A stretch of DNA of 64,000 nt. Source: an uncultured Myxococcales bacterium. GTDB lineage: Bacteria; Myxococcota_A; Polyangia; Polyangiales; Houyiibacteriaceae. This document shows, in pieces, positions 62,262 to 64,000 of the stretch; the first letter of the stretch is position 1, and each line of letters begins with the position of its first letter. A program made the translations under genes and the position numbers. Location: contig CBFCWN010000007.1 of NCBI GenBank assembly GCA_965601515.1, forward strand, positions 4,992 through 68,991. The letters run 5' to 3'. Below the pieces are notes generated by a model. It saw only the letters and a program-made list of their open reading frames with translations, made no database searches and was not told the origin of the DNA.

Positions 62262-62803
62262 AGATCTACACGAAGACGGGTGACGACGGCGAGACCGGCT
62301 TGTTTGGCGGCGCCCGCGTGTCGAAGGCGTCGCTTCGCGTCGAGGCGTACGGCGAAATCGACGAGCTCAACAGCGCGATCGGGTGGGCGCGCCTCGCTGT
62401 GGAAGACGCGGAGCTCGACGAGCTCCTTCACCGTATCCAGCACGACCTCTTCGAAGTTGGCGCGGAGCTCGGGTCGACCGCGGAGCGCAAGCAAAAGAGC
62501 ATGATCCCTCTCATCGAAGAGGGGCAGGTCGAACGCTTGGAAAAAGCGATCGACCGCTACGAGGAAGGCCCTCCGCCCCTGACGAACTTCGTGCTCCCAG
62601 GCGGCAGCGAAGGCGCGTCACGGTTTCATCTTTCGCGCACGATCTGTCGGCGTGCGGAGCGTTCGATCGTCGCCCTCGGCTCCCAGGAGCCTGTTCGAGG
62701 CGAGCTCCTTCGCTACGTCAACCGACTCTCCGACCTCCTGTTCACGCTGGCCCGGCACGCGAACTACGTCGCGAGTGTCGAAGACATCCCCTGGAACGCC
62801 TGA
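62258..62803 (+). CDS. PduO-type ATP:cob(I)alamin adenosyltransferase
   Basis: The sequence carries [42 protein letters not shown]... An ATGA overlap links it to fmt. Confidence 0.9.
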   Translation: [181 protein letters not shown]

Positions 62804-62854
62804 GAGCGTTCACCGCTCGCGTATCGCGAGCAACCGCGCTACACCCCCGGCGTG

Positions 62855-64000
62855 ATGAAGGGCGCGGCGCCGGTCGTCTACATCTGGCTCGCGCTCGGCG
62901 CGCTGGCCTCTGGTTGTAGCAAGAAGACCGAAGACAGCGCCCGAGGGGCGACCGAGGCGGTCGCCCCGGCACTGCCCGCACGCGCGGAGTACGTGGGAAC
63001 GGCGGTCTGTGCAGGCTGTCACGAGGCACAGCACGACTCTTGGCTAGGGTCGCACCACGACCTCGCGATGCAGCGGGCCACCGATGAGACGGTGCTTGGC
63101 GATTTCTCCGATGCGACGGCTCGCTACTACGGGGAGACCGCGCGCTTCTTCCGCGAGGGCGAGCGCTTCGTCATCGAGGCGCCGGGTGCGGAGGGTGAGA
63201 CCGAGACGTTCCCCGTGATCTACACGTTCGGCGTCGAGCCGCTCCAGCAATACCTCGTCGAGGTCGAACCCGGCCGGCTCCAGTCGTTTCCGTTCGCGTG
63301 GGACACGCGGCCGAAAGGCGAGGGCGGGCAGCGATGGTTTCACCTCCAGCCGGACGAGTACATCGAGCCGGGCGACCCGCTTCATTGGACAGGGCCGAGC
63401 TACAACTGGAACTACGCCTGCGCCGACTGCCATTCGACCGCCGTAAAGAAGAACTACGACCGCGCATCGAGGAGTTACTCCACGGAGTACTTCGAGATCA
63501 ACGTGGGCTGTGAGGCGTGTCACGGGAAGGGCTCGAAGCACGTCGCGATGGTCGAAGCCGATTCAGACTCGTTGCCGAACGGCACCGGCTTTGATCGTCG
63601 TTTCCCGGCCCCCGAAGAACGGGTCTGGTCGTTTGAGGAGGGGCGGGATATCGCGGCACTCGCGTCCGGCAAGAGCCACGAACCCGAGTACTGCGCGCCC
63701 TGTCATTCGCGTCGCGCCGACCTCGGGGGCGACTACGACCGCTTTCACGATCGGTATCGGCTGGCTGCGCTCGACGATGTCCTCTACTTCGACGACGGCC
63801 AGATCGAAGACGAGGTGTACGTCTACGGCTCGTTTTTGCAGAGCAAGATGCACGCGGCGGGTGTGGTCTGCAGCGACTGTCACGACGGTCATACCTCTGA
63901 AGTCCGAGCCGAGGGCAACGCTCTCTGCACGCGGTGTCACAAGGCCGAGGTGTACGACGTGCAGGCGCACCATTTTCACGAGGTCGGCGGGGAGGGCAGC
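62855..64000 (+). CDS. Multihaem c-type cytochrome lipoprotein (at least six CxxCH), 3' end outside the window
   Basis: My own translation from ATG 62855 is open for 382 codons to the window end. The lipobox is ALASGC. The CxxCH motifs are CAGCH, CADCH, CEACH, CAPCH, CSDCH and CTRCH. It is not in the ORF track because no stop is reached. Confidence 0.85.
   Translation, partial: MKGAAPVVYIWLALGALASGCSKKTEDSARGATEAVAPALPARAEYVGTAVCAGCHEAQHDSWLGSHHDLAMQRATDETVLGDFSDATARYYGETARFFREGERFVIEAPGAEGETETFPVIYTFGVEPLQQYLVEVEPGRLQSFPFAWDTRPKGEGGQRWFHLQPDEYIEPGDPLHWTGPSYNWNYACADCHSTAVKKNYDRASRSYSTEYFEINVGCEACHGKGSKHVAMVEADSDSLPNGTGFDRRFPAPEERVWSFEEGRDIAALASGKSHEPEYCAPCHSRRADLGGDYDRFHDRYRLAALDDVLYFDDGQIEDEVYVYGSFLQSKMHAAGVVCSDCHDGHTSEVRAEGNALCTRCHKAEVYDVQAHHFHEVGGEGS

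Noticed and set aside
1-64000. Search for tRNA, rRNA, tmRNA, CRISPR arrays, IS elements, integrases, prophage or toxin-antitoxin/defence modules
   Set aside because: Intergenic gaps are almost all under 120 nt, and none shows cloverleaf-capable or array-like sequence. No ORF has transposase, integrase, Cas, restriction or abortive-infection motifs that I recognise. The window reads as conserved core chromosome.

Overview
This 64-kb window is a gene-dense chromosomal segment with about 60 protein-coding genes and very short intergenic gaps. By eye it is about two-thirds G+C, and third codon positions are mostly G/C. I saw no rRNA, tRNA, CRISPR array, transposase, integrase, phage gene or recognisable defence gene. 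The gene content points to a Myxococcota-type GC-rich deltaproteobacterium. That content includes several Hanks-type Ser/Thr kinases, a PEGA-repeat protein, two DUF4388 signalling proteins, a thrombospondin-repeat OmpA, TPR-fused multihaem cytochromes and many small Cys-rich lipoproteins. I cannot confirm the taxon without a database search.

Most genes are core housekeeping:
- rpsO-pnp, trxC, tldD-pmbA, coaE, dtd, tmk
- ctaA-ctaB-sco1, an aspartate aminotransferase, bioB, bfd-bfr, pgm, cysE
- aroC, mlaE, tsaD, priA, def-fmt and a PduO-type adenosyltransferase

I do not see a self-contained novel system such as a defence island. The points most worth a second look are:
1. A perfect KstR-type palindrome (TAGAACATGTTCTA) lies over the promoter of a kstD-like plus deazaflavin-reductase-like operon.
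2. A tail-anchored Ser/Thr kinase is translationally coupled inside the haem A / copper assembly operon.
3. A divergent ACP and serine-palmitoyltransferase-like pair resembles a bacterial sphingolipid module.
4. A four-gene operon has an orphan MlaE-like permease, a multihaem-cytochrome::TPR lipoprotein and a Lys-rich tail-anchored peptide.
5. A signalling protein has MshEN-like, HD-GYP, receiver and DUF4388 modules, and its HD-GYP and receiver modules both look catalytically degenerate.
6. A low-GC, repeat-rich intergenic region lies upstream of a winged-helix / hydrolase / dead-cyclase regulator.

All functional calls come from reading motifs in the supplied translations, because no BLAST or HMM search could be run. 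Many start codons are uncertain by tens of nucleotides. The many long alternative-frame and antisense ORFs in the track are high-GC artefacts.
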